Part shown: in pieces, positions 8,611 through 19,093 of the stretch | Position numbering within the stretch: the first letter of the stretch is position 1 | Layout: every line of letters starts with the position of its first letter | DNA from: a virus | Lineage: Duplodnaviria; Heunggongvirae; Uroviricota; Caudoviricetes | Virus record (IMG/VR): IMGVR_UViG_3300042430_003153 | Length of the DNA: 64,000 bases | Reading direction: 5' to 3' (one strand) | The notes under the pieces: model-generated | Told to the model about the DNA's origin: nothing | Seen by the model: only the letters and a program-made list of their open reading frames with translations | Databases searched by the model: none | Program-made: the position numbers and the translations under genes

Positions 8611-8914
8611 TTTCTTTTAGAATAATTCTAAATACCTTTTTTTGATATTCTCTGGTTTCGTTGGTGTGATCTCTCCAGTAATTATAATTTTTATTTGGTG
8701 AGAATTTAACTTTATTTTTTGTATCGTGCTTTTCAGTGGTTAAAGTTTTTGCTATAAAATATTCTTTAGTTCCTAAGAAATCTATCATAGTGGATTCACC
8801 ACAATAAGACTTATTAACATTCTGAAAAGCCCACCAATTTGAATGCATATGTCTACTGAGTCGTTTTTTGACGACTATTTCATGTTTGAATCTTCTCCAG
8901 GCACGACCTCTCAT
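8597..8914 (-). CDS. hypothetical basic protein
   Basis: 105 aa, overlaps neighbours by a few codons. Confidence 0.45.
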   Translation of the reverse strand: MRGRAWRRFKHEIVVKKRLSRHMHSNWWAFQNVNKSYCGESTMIDFLGTKEYFIAKTLTTEKHDTKNKVKFSPNKNYNYWRDHTNETREYQKKVFRIILKENGLI

Positions 8915-8931
8915 AACCGCAAATATACAAA

Positions 8932-9174
8932 TTATTTTAGAATTTCTGAAATCTTTTCCTCTCTATCTAATTGAAATGTGTCAATTTCAAACATCGGTAA
9001 TCCATCAATTCTTGAAGGACTTAAGTATTTACCATATACTGATTTTCCTTCATATTTATCAGAATTAAATACCATGCCAAACACTACACTATCAATAACT
9101 TTTAACTCTGAAAAATCTAATTGAATTATCTGGTCTTTATGTTCTAACTTTTCTGATTTTATTGTAAATTTCAT
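8932..9174 (-). CDS. hypothetical protein
   Basis: 80 aa. Stop overlaps the start of the topoisomerase gene. Confidence 0.45.
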   Translation of the reverse strand: MKFTIKSEKLEHKDQIIQLDFSELKVIDSVVFGMVFNSDKYEGKSVYGKYLSPSRIDGLPMFEIDTFQLDREEKISEILK

Positions 9175-11015
9175 TTTAACAACTCTGTTTTTCTTAAATC
9201 AGAACTCTTACCAAACCAAATATCCAATGAACCTTTGGACATATCATCTTTAGTGATTAAAGTCATTCTTGGTGAATTGATTATATCTTTGTATTCATCA
9301 TCAACAAGAGCTGCTAAACCTTTTTTATATTTAACTTCCCATTGTTTTAAATCATTCTTAGATTCCCACTCTGACCACTCTGACTGTGAATAAAAGAGAA
9401 CTTTTTTCTTACCTTTTTGTTTTGGGATAGCAACAACAATTGGTGTTTCTACTTTATAAATCATTTTTCTTTCAAACATATCAGGCCAGTATTTGTAAAA
9501 AAAGTTAATCAATAAACCGGCAATTGAGTTACCATCGACATCAGCATCTACATAAAAAAGAACACGACCGTATCTTAAACTTTTAAGTTCAATCTCTTGT
9601 CCAAGTTTTAAACCAATTGACGCCATTAAATTTACTACCTCATCATTTGCAACCAATTTTTGATTAGTCATTTCTGATACATTTACAAATTTTCCTTTAA
9701 GTGCGAAAGCACCCATTGTTTCTGGAGTTCTATATTTTCTGAATGCTGAAATAGCAGAGTCACCTTCGAATAATCCAATTGAACATTTCCATCGGTCTTT
9801 ACCTTTAGCGTCAATTAGCTTTTCAACTTTAATCTTAGAAAGTTTTTTATTTAACTCTCTTTGTAGTTTTGAGTCTTCAGCTGACTTTTTTTGTTGAATC
9901 CAATCTAAAATAGAATTAACAATCTCAGATTTTAATATACTTTGAATAAGTTTATTTGATATTTCAAAAGTTGTTCCGAAATCTTTAATCTCTGTAATTA
10001 ATTTCTCTTTGGTTTGTGATGAGAAGGATGGATTAATTATGGTGGAGTCTAAAAATAAAAACATATGATTCTTTAATTCAGATGGCTTAACATCAACCTT
10101 ATGTTTCTTCATAAAGAACTCTCTTAATTGAGAAACGATTTGATTCATAATATAATCAACGTGTGTTCCACCATCATAAGTTTCTGTAGAGTTAGCAAAA
10201 CTAACTTGTTGAAATCCATTCTCGGAAAGTGAAATACTAACTGACCAAGATTTATCTTTTGAAGTTTCATAAAAATAATCTTTGACATAAAGTTTAACAT
10301 AGTCTTCAAATGTTCCGAAATTCAAAAGTTTATTATTGAAATGTATTTTAAGATGTGTGTTACAAGCAGCCAGGTCATAAACTCTTTTTTCAATCATTTT
10401 GAAATGATTTTGGTCAATATCGCTCAATCCAAACTTTTCAAAGTCTATTAGAAACGAAATTTCTGTATGATTTTTTGATGATTTTGTAATCTTTGGTTGA
10501 GTTCTTTCTCTCATATTATTTGAGAAGCTCTGAACAAATTGTTTTTTACCATCACAAGTTGAAATAGTAAATCTTGTTGAATAGATATTGGTCAATGTAG
10601 AACCAACACCATTAGTTCCTGCCCAACTTCTTGCTTCACTATCATCAAAGTTTGAACCTGCTTTAAGATTAGAAAATATCATTTCTGGAATCCATTCTTT
10701 GTGCTCTGAGTGTTGAACTACTGGAATTCCACCATTATCCCAAATGGTTATAGTATTTTTTTCTCTATCAATAGTTACTTTGATTGTGTTTAACTTTGAA
10801 CCTTTTCTCTTAGATTCATCAACTGAGTTAGTAATGATTTCGTCGAATATTTTTAGAAAACCTGGATTATATGTGGTTTCTTTTAATTCTACAGTATCTT
10901 CATTGATTAACCATTTATTAGATGTATGTGGTTTTATTGAACCGATATACATACCCGGTCTCAATATTACATGCTCAATATCATCTAACTTCTGGAACTT
11001 CTTATCTACGGACAT
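9171..11015 (-). CDS. type II DNA topoisomerase large subunit (GyrB-like ATPase + TOPRIM; T4 gp39+gp60 equivalent)
   Basis: EHVILRPGMYIGS and IFDEIITNSVDE GHKL-ATPase motifs, with a TOPRIM EGDSA motif. Single continuous 614-aa ORF. Confidence 0.9.
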   Translation of the reverse strand: MSVDKKFQKLDDIEHVILRPGMYIGSIKPHTSNKWLINEDTVELKETTYNPGFLKIFDEIITNSVDESKRKGSKLNTIKVTIDREKNTITIWDNGGIPVVQHSEHKEWIPEMIFSNLKAGSNFDDSEARSWAGTNGVGSTLTNIYSTRFTISTCDGKKQFVQSFSNNMRERTQPKITKSSKNHTEISFLIDFEKFGLSDIDQNHFKMIEKRVYDLAACNTHLKIHFNNKLLNFGTFEDYVKLYVKDYFYETSKDKSWSVSISLSENGFQQVSFANSTETYDGGTHVDYIMNQIVSQLREFFMKKHKVDVKPSELKNHMFLFLDSTIINPSFSSQTKEKLITEIKDFGTTFEISNKLIQSILKSEIVNSILDWIQQKKSAEDSKLQRELNKKLSKIKVEKLIDAKGKDRWKCSIGLFEGDSAISAFRKYRTPETMGAFALKGKFVNVSEMTNQKLVANDEVVNLMASIGLKLGQEIELKSLRYGRVLFYVDADVDGNSIAGLLINFFYKYWPDMFERKMIYKVETPIVVAIPKQKGKKKVLFYSQSEWSEWESKNDLKQWEVKYKKGLAALVDDEYKDIINSPRMTLITKDDMSKGSLDIWFGKSSDLRKTELLK

Positions 11016-11063
11016 TGAAATTTACAATTTTTTTAGATGTATATAGTAAAAAGTAAAATTTGT

Positions 11064-11756
11064 TTATTCTGGTATATCTGTGAATCTACTATCTGGCTTG
11101 AGTGGAATAAGTGGATTTACTTCAAATTTTTTATTTATGTAATCTTTTAGTTCATTCTCAATATAGTTTTCAGGAACTTCTTTATCTGGATCCTCTAAAC
11201 TCATTTTAAGAGAAAGTGAGTTTGAAAAACTCTGTATAACTTCAGGTCTAATTGCACTAACTAATTTATCAGATACTACAAAAGCTCTTGTGAATCTATC
11301 TTTAACCGGAATCTCACCTTCAGCTACTTTCATAGACCTGTCAATTAATTGTTTAAGAAAACCTTCATAAGTATCAGATGAGTCCTGTAGTATAGGAGCT
11401 AATATTTTATTAAAAGCTCTTGTAGAGCCAAGTATCATACCTAAAATAGCTGCTATAGGAAAAAACGGAGCTAAAGCCATTGGTATAACTCTATGAAGCG
11501 CTTTTACAATTCCAACTTTTAAGTCAGTTCTTTTCTTTGCAGTTTGAGCATCTTTAAAAAGAGCTAATAACATTCCGAATCTCATTTCGGTTCCTTGTGA
11601 TTTTAAGTAATCAGCCAAATGACCTCTATGTGCATTGTAAAGTTGACGATTGATTTCTTCTTCGTCAGTGATTCCCAATCTTTGTAATTCTGCTTTAAAA
11701 TTATCATCAAACTTCTCTAAAATTAGGAATTGACTATATCTCTTTAATTTACTCAT
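11064..11756 (-). CDS. hypothetical membrane-associated protein with CTS-like N-terminus
   Basis: N-terminus MSKLKRYSQFLILEKF. Internal hydrophobic stretch VIPMALAPFFPIAAILGMILG. Confidence 0.5.
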   Translation of the reverse strand: MSKLKRYSQFLILEKFDDNFKAELQRLGITDEEEINRQLYNAHRGHLADYLKSQGTEMRFGMLLALFKDAQTAKKRTDLKVGIVKALHRVIPMALAPFFPIAAILGMILGSTRAFNKILAPILQDSSDTYEGFLKQLIDRSMKVAEGEIPVKDRFTRAFVVSDKLVSAIRPEVIQSFSNSLSLKMSLEDPDKEVPENYIENELKDYINKKFEVNPLIPLKPDSRFTDIPE

Positions 11757-11876
11757 TATTGTATATATTAAAAACTTAATATTAACTTAATGTAATCATA
11801 ATTAATATATCTATAAAAAACCAGTTAATTTATCTAAATAGTTTATATCACGAAATACTGTGTTTATAAATAAATT

Positions 11877-12611
11877 ATGAAAATTAAAACACTTTTTATT
11901 TCTGACGTTCATTTAGGAACAAAAAAATGTCAAGCTGATAAACTCTTAGAAGTTATAAGAGATTACGAGTTTGAGAAACTAATTATTGTTGGTGACTTTA
12001 TTGACTTAACTTCACTTAAAAGAAAGTTTTATTGGCACCCTGACCACTCAACTGTTATTCAAAAGATACTTAGAGAATCAAGAAAAGGAGTTGAGATTAT
12101 TTATATTTTAGGAAATCATGATTTTTATTTAAGATCTTTAATTGTAGATGAAAACATTAATTTAGGTTCAATACTTATTTGTGATGAGTATTTCTATACA
12201 ACATCAGCAGGTGAAAAAATTTATATCTGTCATGGTGACCAGTTCGACGGATTTATTAGATTACATCCTTTTATTTACTCATTAGGTGACTGGGCTTATG
12301 AGTTAAGTTTTAAGATAAATAAGTGGTATAATAAAATTAGAAGATTATTTGGATTACAATATTGGTCTCTTTCTCAGTTCTTAAAATCAAAAGTTAAAAA
12401 CGCAATCTCATTTATAAATGATTTTAAAATACTTTCAATAAAAACAGTAAAGGAAAAAAACTGCGACTCAATTATGATAGGACATATTCACACACCAGCT
12501 ATTGAAAAAATAGAAAATTTCACTTACTACAATACCGGTGACTTTTGTGAAAGTTGTTCTTTTTTATATGAAGACCTTTCTGGACAAATTAACTTAGTAG
12601 TGATTGATTAG
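11877..12611 (+). CDS. metallophosphoesterase (calcineurin/LpxH-like)
   Basis: ISDVHLG, GDFIDL, GNHD and GHIH metal-binding motifs in canonical order. Confidence 0.7.
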   Translation: MKIKTLFISDVHLGTKKCQADKLLEVIRDYEFEKLIIVGDFIDLTSLKRKFYWHPDHSTVIQKILRESRKGVEIIYILGNHDFYLRSLIVDENINLGSILICDEYFYTTSAGEKIYICHGDQFDGFIRLHPFIYSLGDWAYELSFKINKWYNKIRRLFGLQYWSLSQFLKSKVKNAISFINDFKILSIKTVKEKNCDSIMIGHIHTPAIEKIENFTYYNTGDFCESCSFLYEDLSGQINLVVID

Positions 12612-12646
12612 GAAAAACAAAATAAAGTTTTTACTATATACGAATT

Positions 12647-13990
12647 ATGATGACAGAAAAAAGTATATCAGAGTTCTTATCAGACGAATATAAAGAGTTT
12701 GCAATGTATGTAATTGAAGGTAGAGCAATTCCTTCAGTCATTGATGGTTTCAAACCAACCCAAAGAAAAATCATTCATATTGCAAATCAAATCTGGAGAA
12801 CCGGAAATGAAAAAACCTTAAAAGTGTTTCAGTTAAGTGGTAAAGTCGCTTCAGATTGTTTCTATCACCACGGTGATATGTCACTTTCAAATGCTATAAT
12901 AACTATGGCTCAAAGATTTAAAAACAATGCTTCTCTTTTAGAAGAAGAAGGTCAGTTTGGTTCACTAAGATCACCTCAGGCGGGAGCTCCTCGATATATT
13001 GGAACAAAATTATCTGAAAACTTTAGATTAATTTATAAAGATTTTGACTTGTTGAAATTCAAAGAAGAAGAAGGTGAATCAATTGAACCTCATTATTTTT
13101 TACCGATTGTTCCAACAGTTTTACTTAATGGTTCATCAGGAATCGCTGTAGGTTTCGCTTCCAACATTTTAAATAGAGACATAAAGTCAATTATTGATGC
13201 TTGTTTAAAAGTTCTTAATGGTAAACAACCAGGTGAAATTAAACCATCATTAAATGGATTTACAGGAGATTATATTCAAGACACTGAAAATAATAAAAGA
13301 TGGATTATTCGTGGTAAATTTGTTAGAGCAAATACTTCTACTGTTAAGATTAGTGAGTTACCACCTTCAATGACTTATGAAAAATATGAAGACATTTTAG
13401 ATAAGTTAGTTGATGATAAAATTATTGTTTCTTATGATGATAATTGTAAAGATAATATTGATTATACTATTAAATTCACAAGATCTGATTTAGATAAATT
13501 AGATGATGAGAAATTGATTAAGTTATTGAAACTTGAAGAATCATCAACTGAAATATTTTCAACATTAGATGAAAGGGGTAAGTTAATGATATTTGATTAC
13601 ACTCAAGATATAATCAATTACTTTGTTAATTTCAGATTAAATTATTACCATAAAAGAAAAGAGCATCTACTTGAAAAGATGAACAGAGAGTTAAAAATAC
13701 TTTCTAACAGAGGTCGATTCATTAAAGCCATTTTAGATGAAAAGTTAAAAGTTAATAATGTTCCTAAAATTGAAATCATCAAAGGTGTTGAAGAAATGAA
13801 CTTAGATATGATAGATGGTTCATATGACTATCTCTTAAGAATGCCTATCTACTCGTTAACAAAAGAAGTTTTTGATAAACTAAAAGCTGATTTTATTGAA
13901 AAGAAAGCTGAAATTCAAAAGATGGAGCAAACTGATCCTAAAGATATGTATGTTGATGATTTGAATGAATTAAAAAAGAAATTCAAATAA
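12647..13990 (+). CDS. type II DNA topoisomerase medium subunit (GyrA-like; T4 gp52 equivalent)
   Basis: AIPSVIDGFKPTQRKI (GyrA N-terminal signature) and APRYIGTKL (active-site Tyr region). 447 aa. Confidence 0.85.
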   Translation: MMTEKSISEFLSDEYKEFAMYVIEGRAIPSVIDGFKPTQRKIIHIANQIWRTGNEKTLKVFQLSGKVASDCFYHHGDMSLSNAIITMAQRFKNNASLLEEEGQFGSLRSPQAGAPRYIGTKLSENFRLIYKDFDLLKFKEEEGESIEPHYFLPIVPTVLLNGSSGIAVGFASNILNRDIKSIIDACLKVLNGKQPGEIKPSLNGFTGDYIQDTENNKRWIIRGKFVRANTSTVKISELPPSMTYEKYEDILDKLVDDKIIVSYDDNCKDNIDYTIKFTRSDLDKLDDEKLIKLLKLEESSTEIFSTLDERGKLMIFDYTQDIINYFVNFRLNYYHKRKEHLLEKMNRELKILSNRGRFIKAILDEKLKVNNVPKIEIIKGVEEMNLDMIDGSYDYLLRMPIYSLTKEVFDKLKADFIEKKAEIQKMEQTDPKDMYVDDLNELKKKFK

Positions 13991-14017
13991 TTGTTTTTTC
14001 TTTTTAATATATAACTT

Positions 14018-14734
14018 ATGTCTAATAAAAAAGTTTTATCTTACGAAGAGTTTGTAAACGAAGAAATCAATCTTAAAAAAGCTTTAGCTGGAGCCGCTTT
14101 AGGTGCTGGTCTTATGTTTGGTAATCCAACTGATGCAAAAGCACAACAACCAGTTCAAACTGAAATATCACAAACATCAAATGCTGATTACTCAGAAGTT
14201 TTCGAAGTAGATAGTCTTCTTAAGAAATCAGATATTAAAACTAAGATTACCAGTCAAATTTATAATAGTCTTTCTGGAATTAGAATCCTTACAAATACTA
14301 CTGATAAAATAACTTGTTCTGTTACAATGAATGCTAAACCTGATAACTCAAATGGTGTTTGTTATGCAACTATGGATGTCTCATTTAAAGATGGTAAGTA
14401 TAAAGTTGAATTTTCAAATATTTACTTTGTTCATGTAGGAACTCAACCACAAACAGCTGGTCAACAGCTAGGACAGAATTTGAATAGACAATTAACAGGA
14501 GTGGCAACTAATGCGTTAACTGGAACTATCAGAAATCCTATATTAAGAAACATGACTCAACAAGCTGTAAATACTACAGTTAGAAATGTTCAAAATTCTA
14601 ACCAGACTAATTCTAATATTAATTACAAAAACTCGAATAATCAATCATTCGTAAATTCTGTTAATGCTGAAATAAGTAAAATTACAACCACTTTTCAATC
14701 AGCTTTCTCGACCAATACAGATAATGATTGGTGA
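14018..14734 (+). CDS. hypothetical protein with CTS-like N-terminus, hydrophobic segment and N/Q/T-rich tail
   Basis: N-terminus MSNKKVLSYEEFVNEE, then ALAGAALGAGLMFG, then a low-complexity N/Q/T-rich C-terminus. Confidence 0.5.
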   Translation: MSNKKVLSYEEFVNEEINLKKALAGAALGAGLMFGNPTDAKAQQPVQTEISQTSNADYSEVFEVDSLLKKSDIKTKITSQIYNSLSGIRILTNTTDKITCSVTMNAKPDNSNGVCYATMDVSFKDGKYKVEFSNIYFVHVGTQPQTAGQQLGQNLNRQLTGVATNALTGTIRNPILRNMTQQAVNTTVRNVQNSNQTNSNINYKNSNNQSFVNSVNAEISKITTTFQSAFSTNTDNDW

Positions 14735-14781
14735 TTTTTAATTTTTTTCATAAAAATAACTTATTTCTTAAATCTTATTAA

Positions 14782-14789
14782 TATATTTG
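14782..14789 (+). promoter_or_regulatory. Bacteroidetes-type -7 promoter element TATATTTG
   Basis: Matches TAnnTTTG, 22 nt upstream of the ATG at 14812. Confidence 0.4.
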
Positions 14790-14811
14790 CTGTAAAATAT
14801 AATATAATATA

Positions 14812-15180
14812 ATGGTGTTAAAAGAAATAAAAGAATTTGTTGTTTCACAGATGAAAGAATCTGATTGGGAATCCGATCATTCAAGAGATTTAATAAAATA
14901 CAACTCAAAACATATAGTAATTAGAATTCCCAATACTGGTAAAATGAACTTTAATATAAAAGTCCCGGGTGGATATTCTAATGATGATATCAATATTAAA
15001 AGAAAAGAATTAGGATTAAATCTTATACACTTTTGGATTCTAATGATATATGTAAAAAACTCTTCTAAAAATGTAGAAAAGAGAAAAAGAGAAAAAGAAA
15101 TCACTTATCAATGGAATAGATTTTTAGAAAGAAATAAAGATTTAAGAAGAAATAATAAGTTAAATAAAATACTAGACTAA
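14812..15180 (+). CDS. hypothetical protein
   Basis: 122 aa ORF, basic C-terminus. Stop overlaps the next start (TAATG). Confidence 0.45.
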   Translation: MVLKEIKEFVVSQMKESDWESDHSRDLIKYNSKHIVIRIPNTGKMNFNIKVPGGYSNDDINIKRKELGLNLIHFWILMIYVKNSSKNVEKRKREKEITYQWNRFLERNKDLRRNNKLNKILD

Positions 15181-16298
15181 TGAAACAAGAACTATTTAAT
15201 CTTATTGAACAAAAATCAACAGGTGCAAAACCGCTGTATCTTGTTATACGAGGTTCACATGCCTATGGAACTAATATTGAAACTTCCGATACTGATTATG
15301 CGGGAGTTTTTATACAATCATTAGATGATATCTTAGGTAATAATTACAAAGAACAAATTAATGATGATAAGAATGATACTGTAATTTATGAAGTTCGTAG
15401 ATTTCTTCAACTAATTGCTAGTAACAATCCAACTGTATTAGAATTACTCAACACACCAGAAGATTGTGTTATTTATAAAGACCCTGCTTTTGATATTATC
15501 TTAGAAAACCGTGAGAAGTTTATAACTAAAGTTTGTGCTAAATCTTTTGGTGGATACGCTAAACAACAAATCAGTAAAGCAAAAGGTCAGGATAAAAAAC
15601 AAAATTGGGAAAAAGATAAAGTCACTCGTAAAACTCCTTTAGATTTCTGTTATATTCACCGTGGTGAAAAATCTATTTCACTTGTGAATTTTATGGAAGA
15701 AAAAGGTATGGATCAAAGATTTTGTGGTTTATCTAATGTTCCACATAGTAGAGATACTTATGCTCTTTTCTATGACTTCAAAGAAGAAGAGACTAATGGC
15801 GAAATTAAAAATTTAGGATTTAAGGGAATTGCTTTTGAAGATTCTAATCAAGTTAGACTATCATCTATTCCGGTAGAAACACCTAAAAATTATTTTATTG
15901 GACATGTTTCTTATAACAAAGATGGTTACTCACAACATTGTAAAGATTATCTTTCTTACCAAGAGTGGTTAGAAAATCGAAACTTAGCACGTTGGGTGGA
16001 TGTTAAATCTCATGGTCAAAAAATTGACGGTAAGAATATGATGCATTGTAAGCGTCTAATGGAAATGGCAAAAGAGATTGGTGAAGGAAAAGGTATTATT
16101 GTAAGAAGACCAAATGCTGAAGAACTAATTGCTATTCGTAGAGGTGAAGTTGATTTACAAACTTTAATCGATTCGGTTGAGAAGGAAATTAAAGAGGTTG
16201 ATAGAATCTTTGAAGAGTCAAATCTTCCTGAAAAAGTTGATGAAAAATTCATCAATAAAATGATTGTTGAAATAAGAAAACAAATATATAAACTATGA
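15180..16298 (+). CDS. Pol-beta superfamily nucleotidyltransferase (COG3541/PF10127-like)
   Basis: LVIRGSHAYGTNIETSDTDYAGVF matches the hG[GS]x9-13D[hD] nucleotidyltransferase signature of this family. Confidence 0.55.
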   Translation: MKQELFNLIEQKSTGAKPLYLVIRGSHAYGTNIETSDTDYAGVFIQSLDDILGNNYKEQINDDKNDTVIYEVRRFLQLIASNNPTVLELLNTPEDCVIYKDPAFDIILENREKFITKVCAKSFGGYAKQQISKAKGQDKKQNWEKDKVTRKTPLDFCYIHRGEKSISLVNFMEEKGMDQRFCGLSNVPHSRDTYALFYDFKEEETNGEIKNLGFKGIAFEDSNQVRLSSIPVETPKNYFIGHVSYNKDGYSQHCKDYLSYQEWLENRNLARWVDVKSHGQKIDGKNMMHCKRLMEMAKEIGEGKGIIVRRPNAEELIAIRRGEVDLQTLIDSVEKEIKEVDRIFEESNLPEKVDEKFINKMIVEIRKQIYKL

Positions 16299-16933
16299 TG
16301 ATTGTTGCATTAATTTTCACTTTTGTTTTTGGTGTTTCTCTTGGAGGTTATCTTCAGAAAAGATTATTTGAGAGAGCACTTAGAATTGAAAAAGAAAAAG
16401 CTGATGAATTGAAAAAAAATCAATTTATTGAACTCAAGAAAAAAGTTAGAAACGGTAAATCAAAATTTAAAACTCGTGTAAATGATATGGTTTATCTTTC
16501 TGTGTCTCTTGAAGAGCATGGTGACGTGGACTTAATTTATCTATTAGATAAAGATGATATAGCTATTTTTCAAGAAACCAAATGTCTTTATACATCTGAT
16601 GGAATTGATAAGAGTTTAGTTGATGAAATAATATCAACGATATACAAAATTTACGGTAAAAAAATAAATGACGTAGTTGAAATTTTAGGATTTGTATTTT
16701 ATAGAGAGGAATTTGAAAATTCTTTTAATATTAAAGTTGAAGATTTGAAAAAGTCTAATCTTTTTTCAAATTTATCAAATGATATGGGTGAGATAGAAAA
16801 AATAAAAAGTGAAAATAAAAAAAGGTTTAATATAGATGAGATATTAGACAAAATTTCATCTTTTGGAATCGCATCTCTTACTATTGAAGAAAGATTGTTT
16901 TTAGATAATTATTCAAATGAAAAGAGAGATTAA
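16295..16933 (+). CDS. hypothetical protein, N-terminal TM helix; C-terminal IDEILDKI..GIxSLTxxExxFLD motif
   Basis: N-terminus MMIVALIFTFVFGVSLGGYL is hydrophobic. C-terminal ~25 aa shared with ORF 24591..25157. Confidence 0.5.
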   Translation: MMIVALIFTFVFGVSLGGYLQKRLFERALRIEKEKADELKKNQFIELKKKVRNGKSKFKTRVNDMVYLSVSLEEHGDVDLIYLLDKDDIAIFQETKCLYTSDGIDKSLVDEIISTIYKIYGKKINDVVEILGFVFYREEFENSFNIKVEDLKKSNLFSNLSNDMGEIEKIKSENKKRFNIDEILDKISSFGIASLTIEERLFLDNYSNEKRD

Positions 16934-17246
16934 CGTTAGTCCTTGGAAACACATCACCACGTCTCACAAAATTGACCATCATAGTTTAGATGAAATATTC
17001 ACCATTCTAATTGAAAAAGATGGTGAATATTATTTCATTGTTGAAGAATGTCAAAAAGTTTTTGATATATCACAAATGCCAAATTATATTAAAGAAGATT
17101 GGATAAAATACAATAAAAAATCCTTATCTTTGTCATTACTTAATGAACAGATTAAAAAACTCACAAATGATTTAGATCAATTTGAAGATGAGTTGAGTTT
17201 ATTAAAGTCATTAAGAAGAGATTTAATAATTAAAGGAATAATATGA
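16917..17246 (+). CDS. hypothetical protein
   Basis: 109 aa, predicted helical C-terminus. Confidence 0.45.
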   Translation: MKREINVSPWKHITTSHKIDHHSLDEIFTILIEKDGEYYFIVEECQKVFDISQMPNYIKEDWIKYNKKSLSLSLLNEQIKKLTNDLDQFEDELSLLKSLRRDLIIKGII

Positions 17247-17437
17247 AAGATTTATTTAAAAGAAAGCCTCGTAAAATAGAAGATGATTTTGCTCCTGTTG
17301 GAACAAAAGATTGTGAAATGAAGTGTGAACGTCGAGTTATAATGATGTCAAACGGTCCGGTTATTGTTTGTGAAGGTTGTAAAAGAATAGTAATGGATAA
17401 TAGAGATGAAGGCGGTAATTCAGATAGTTCTAATTAA
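17243..17437 (+). CDS. small zinc-ribbon protein
   Basis: 64 aa with CEMKC...CEGC pattern (two CxxC pairs). Confidence 0.4.
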   Translation: MKDLFKRKPRKIEDDFAPVGTKDCEMKCERRVIMMSNGPVIVCEGCKRIVMDNRDEGGNSDSSN

Positions 17438-17963
17438 TTTTATTGTTTACTCCGTTACATATTTAATGGAGATTAATGGATTATATCTAAATAATCTATT
17501 AGCTCTTTTTCCTTTAAATTCTGAACACTTTTCCATACATCAATTAGTTACACATATTTTTGCACATGCTGACTTTATGCATGTGATGTCTAATATGTTG
17601 ATACTTCTAATAGTGGGTCCTGATGTCGAGAGAATCTTAGGTAAGAAAGAATTTTGGAAGTATTTTATACTTTCTGGTATCTTTAGTTCTGGATTATATT
17701 TCCTAGCAAGTTCACATCCTATAATTGGAGCATCAGGTGCTGTTTTTTCGGTTGCATCAGCATCAATTATAATCAATTGGAAATTACAAAAAGAATCGTG
17801 GTCAATCAGATTGAGAAATACATTTTTTATTTTTTTAATAGCCTCTGAACTATTAGATGTTATTCTTAATAAAAATGATGATGTTGGTCATTTGGCTCAT
17901 GTTCTTGGGGCATCTTTTGGAATAATATACTTTTTTATTTTATCAAAAAAAAAGATACAGTAG
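17406..17963 (+). CDS. rhomboid-family intramembrane serine protease
   Basis: HxxxN TM2 motif (HIFAHADFMHVMSNM), catalytic GASGAV (GxSG) and TM6 AHVLGASFG (catalytic His). Several hydrophobic helices. Start may be the downstream ATG. Confidence 0.8.
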   Translation: MKAVIQIVLINFIVYSVTYLMEINGLYLNNLLALFPLNSEHFSIHQLVTHIFAHADFMHVMSNMLILLIVGPDVERILGKKEFWKYFILSGIFSSGLYFLASSHPIIGASGAVFSVASASIIINWKLQKESWSIRLRNTFFIFLIASELLDVILNKNDDVGHLAHVLGASFGIIYFFILSKKKIQ

Positions 17964-18004
17964 TAAATAATCTAATATATAATCAGTAAAAAAAATTATT
18001 ATAT

Positions 18005-19093
18005 ATGAAGAAATTATTATTATTTTTATTTCTTGCGGTTCAATTTATTAGTCTATCTCAGACACAATACCGTAATGACTTTGTTGAAACCTTCTCAACT
18101 GATTGGTCTGGAGAATGGTTCATACCAGCTGCTACCACTGGATACTTTAACAACGCATCTGTTAGCACAACATTAAGTGCTGCTATTTACGGTAGTGGTA
18201 ACTCTTCGATTGAACAAGACTGGTATTCATTTCCTAATATCACATTAAATCCATCAAATACATATAAGTTTAAATTCAGATTAGCTTCTTATGCTTTTAG
18301 TAACTCGACTGCTGCAACAAGAGGTTTGGATGCTGCTGATTACATAACTGTTCAAGTTTCAACTAACGGTGGTGTGACTTATGTTAATGAATTACGAATA
18401 ACTGGAAATAGTAACTCTCTTTGGAATTACAGTGCTACTGGTTCTATTACACACTTTGCAAATGGATCTTTCACTAACTTAGCTGCTCCTGCCGGTGACG
18501 TTTATCAAGCACCCAGTGGGACAAACCCTCAAACTTTTTTAAGTAATGGTCCTACTTCTATAACACTTGAATTAGCTCCAGGAATTGGTCAAGTAGCAAT
18601 TGATATCTATTGTAGAATTAATTCGGCTGGTGAAGAGTGGTGGATGGATAACTTTGAGTTGATAGAAACAGTTCCTGTATCTTTACCGGTTGAGTTAACA
18701 AAATTTGAAGCAAGAAGTTCTACCTATTATAATGTTATAAATTGGACAACAGTTTCAGAGTATAACTCTTTACATTATGATTTAGAAATGAGTTTAGATG
18801 GTGAAAATTGGAAATTAATCTCAAATCAAAAAGCGGCTGGATTTTCAAATGAAGAAATAAACTATTCTTTTACTGATTATAATCAAAATCAGTTGACTTA
18901 TTACAGACTTATTCAATATGATAATGATGGTAAATCAAAGGGGTATGGGCCAATAACAGCATTCAAGAAAAAATCTATTAAGAAAGTTGAAAAGTATGTA
19001 AATACAATTGGCCAAGAAATAAATCCTGATAATTACAGTGGTGTTTATTTTGAAATCTACGAAGATGGAACTTCTAATAGATTTTTTAAATAA
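18005..19093 (+). CDS. secreted protein: signal peptide + choice-of-anchor-J/MAM-like domain + T9SS C-terminal sorting domain
   Basis: Signal peptide MKKLLLFLFLAVQFISLSQ. EEWWMDNFELIE motif. C-terminal ~35 aa (VNTIGQEI...SGVYFEIYEDG...RFFK) resemble Por/T9SS CTDs. Confidence 0.5.
   Translation: MKKLLLFLFLAVQFISLSQTQYRNDFVETFSTDWSGEWFIPAATTGYFNNASVSTTLSAAIYGSGNSSIEQDWYSFPNITLNPSNTYKFKFRLASYAFSNSTAATRGLDAADYITVQVSTNGGVTYVNELRITGNSNSLWNYSATGSITHFANGSFTNLAAPAGDVYQAPSGTNPQTFLSNGPTSITLELAPGIGQVAIDIYCRINSAGEEWWMDNFELIETVPVSLPVELTKFEARSSTYYNVINWTTVSEYNSLHYDLEMSLDGENWKLISNQKAAGFSNEEINYSFTDYNQNQLTYYRLIQYDNDGKSKGYGPITAFKKKSIKKVEKYVNTIGQEINPDNYSGVYFEIYEDGTSNRFFK

Noticed and set aside
9171-11015. Looked for a T4 gene-60-style translational bypass or split in the topoisomerase large subunit
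   Set aside because: The ATPase, TOPRIM and C-terminal parts are encoded in one uninterrupted 614-aa frame. There is no gap or take-off/landing codon arrangement.
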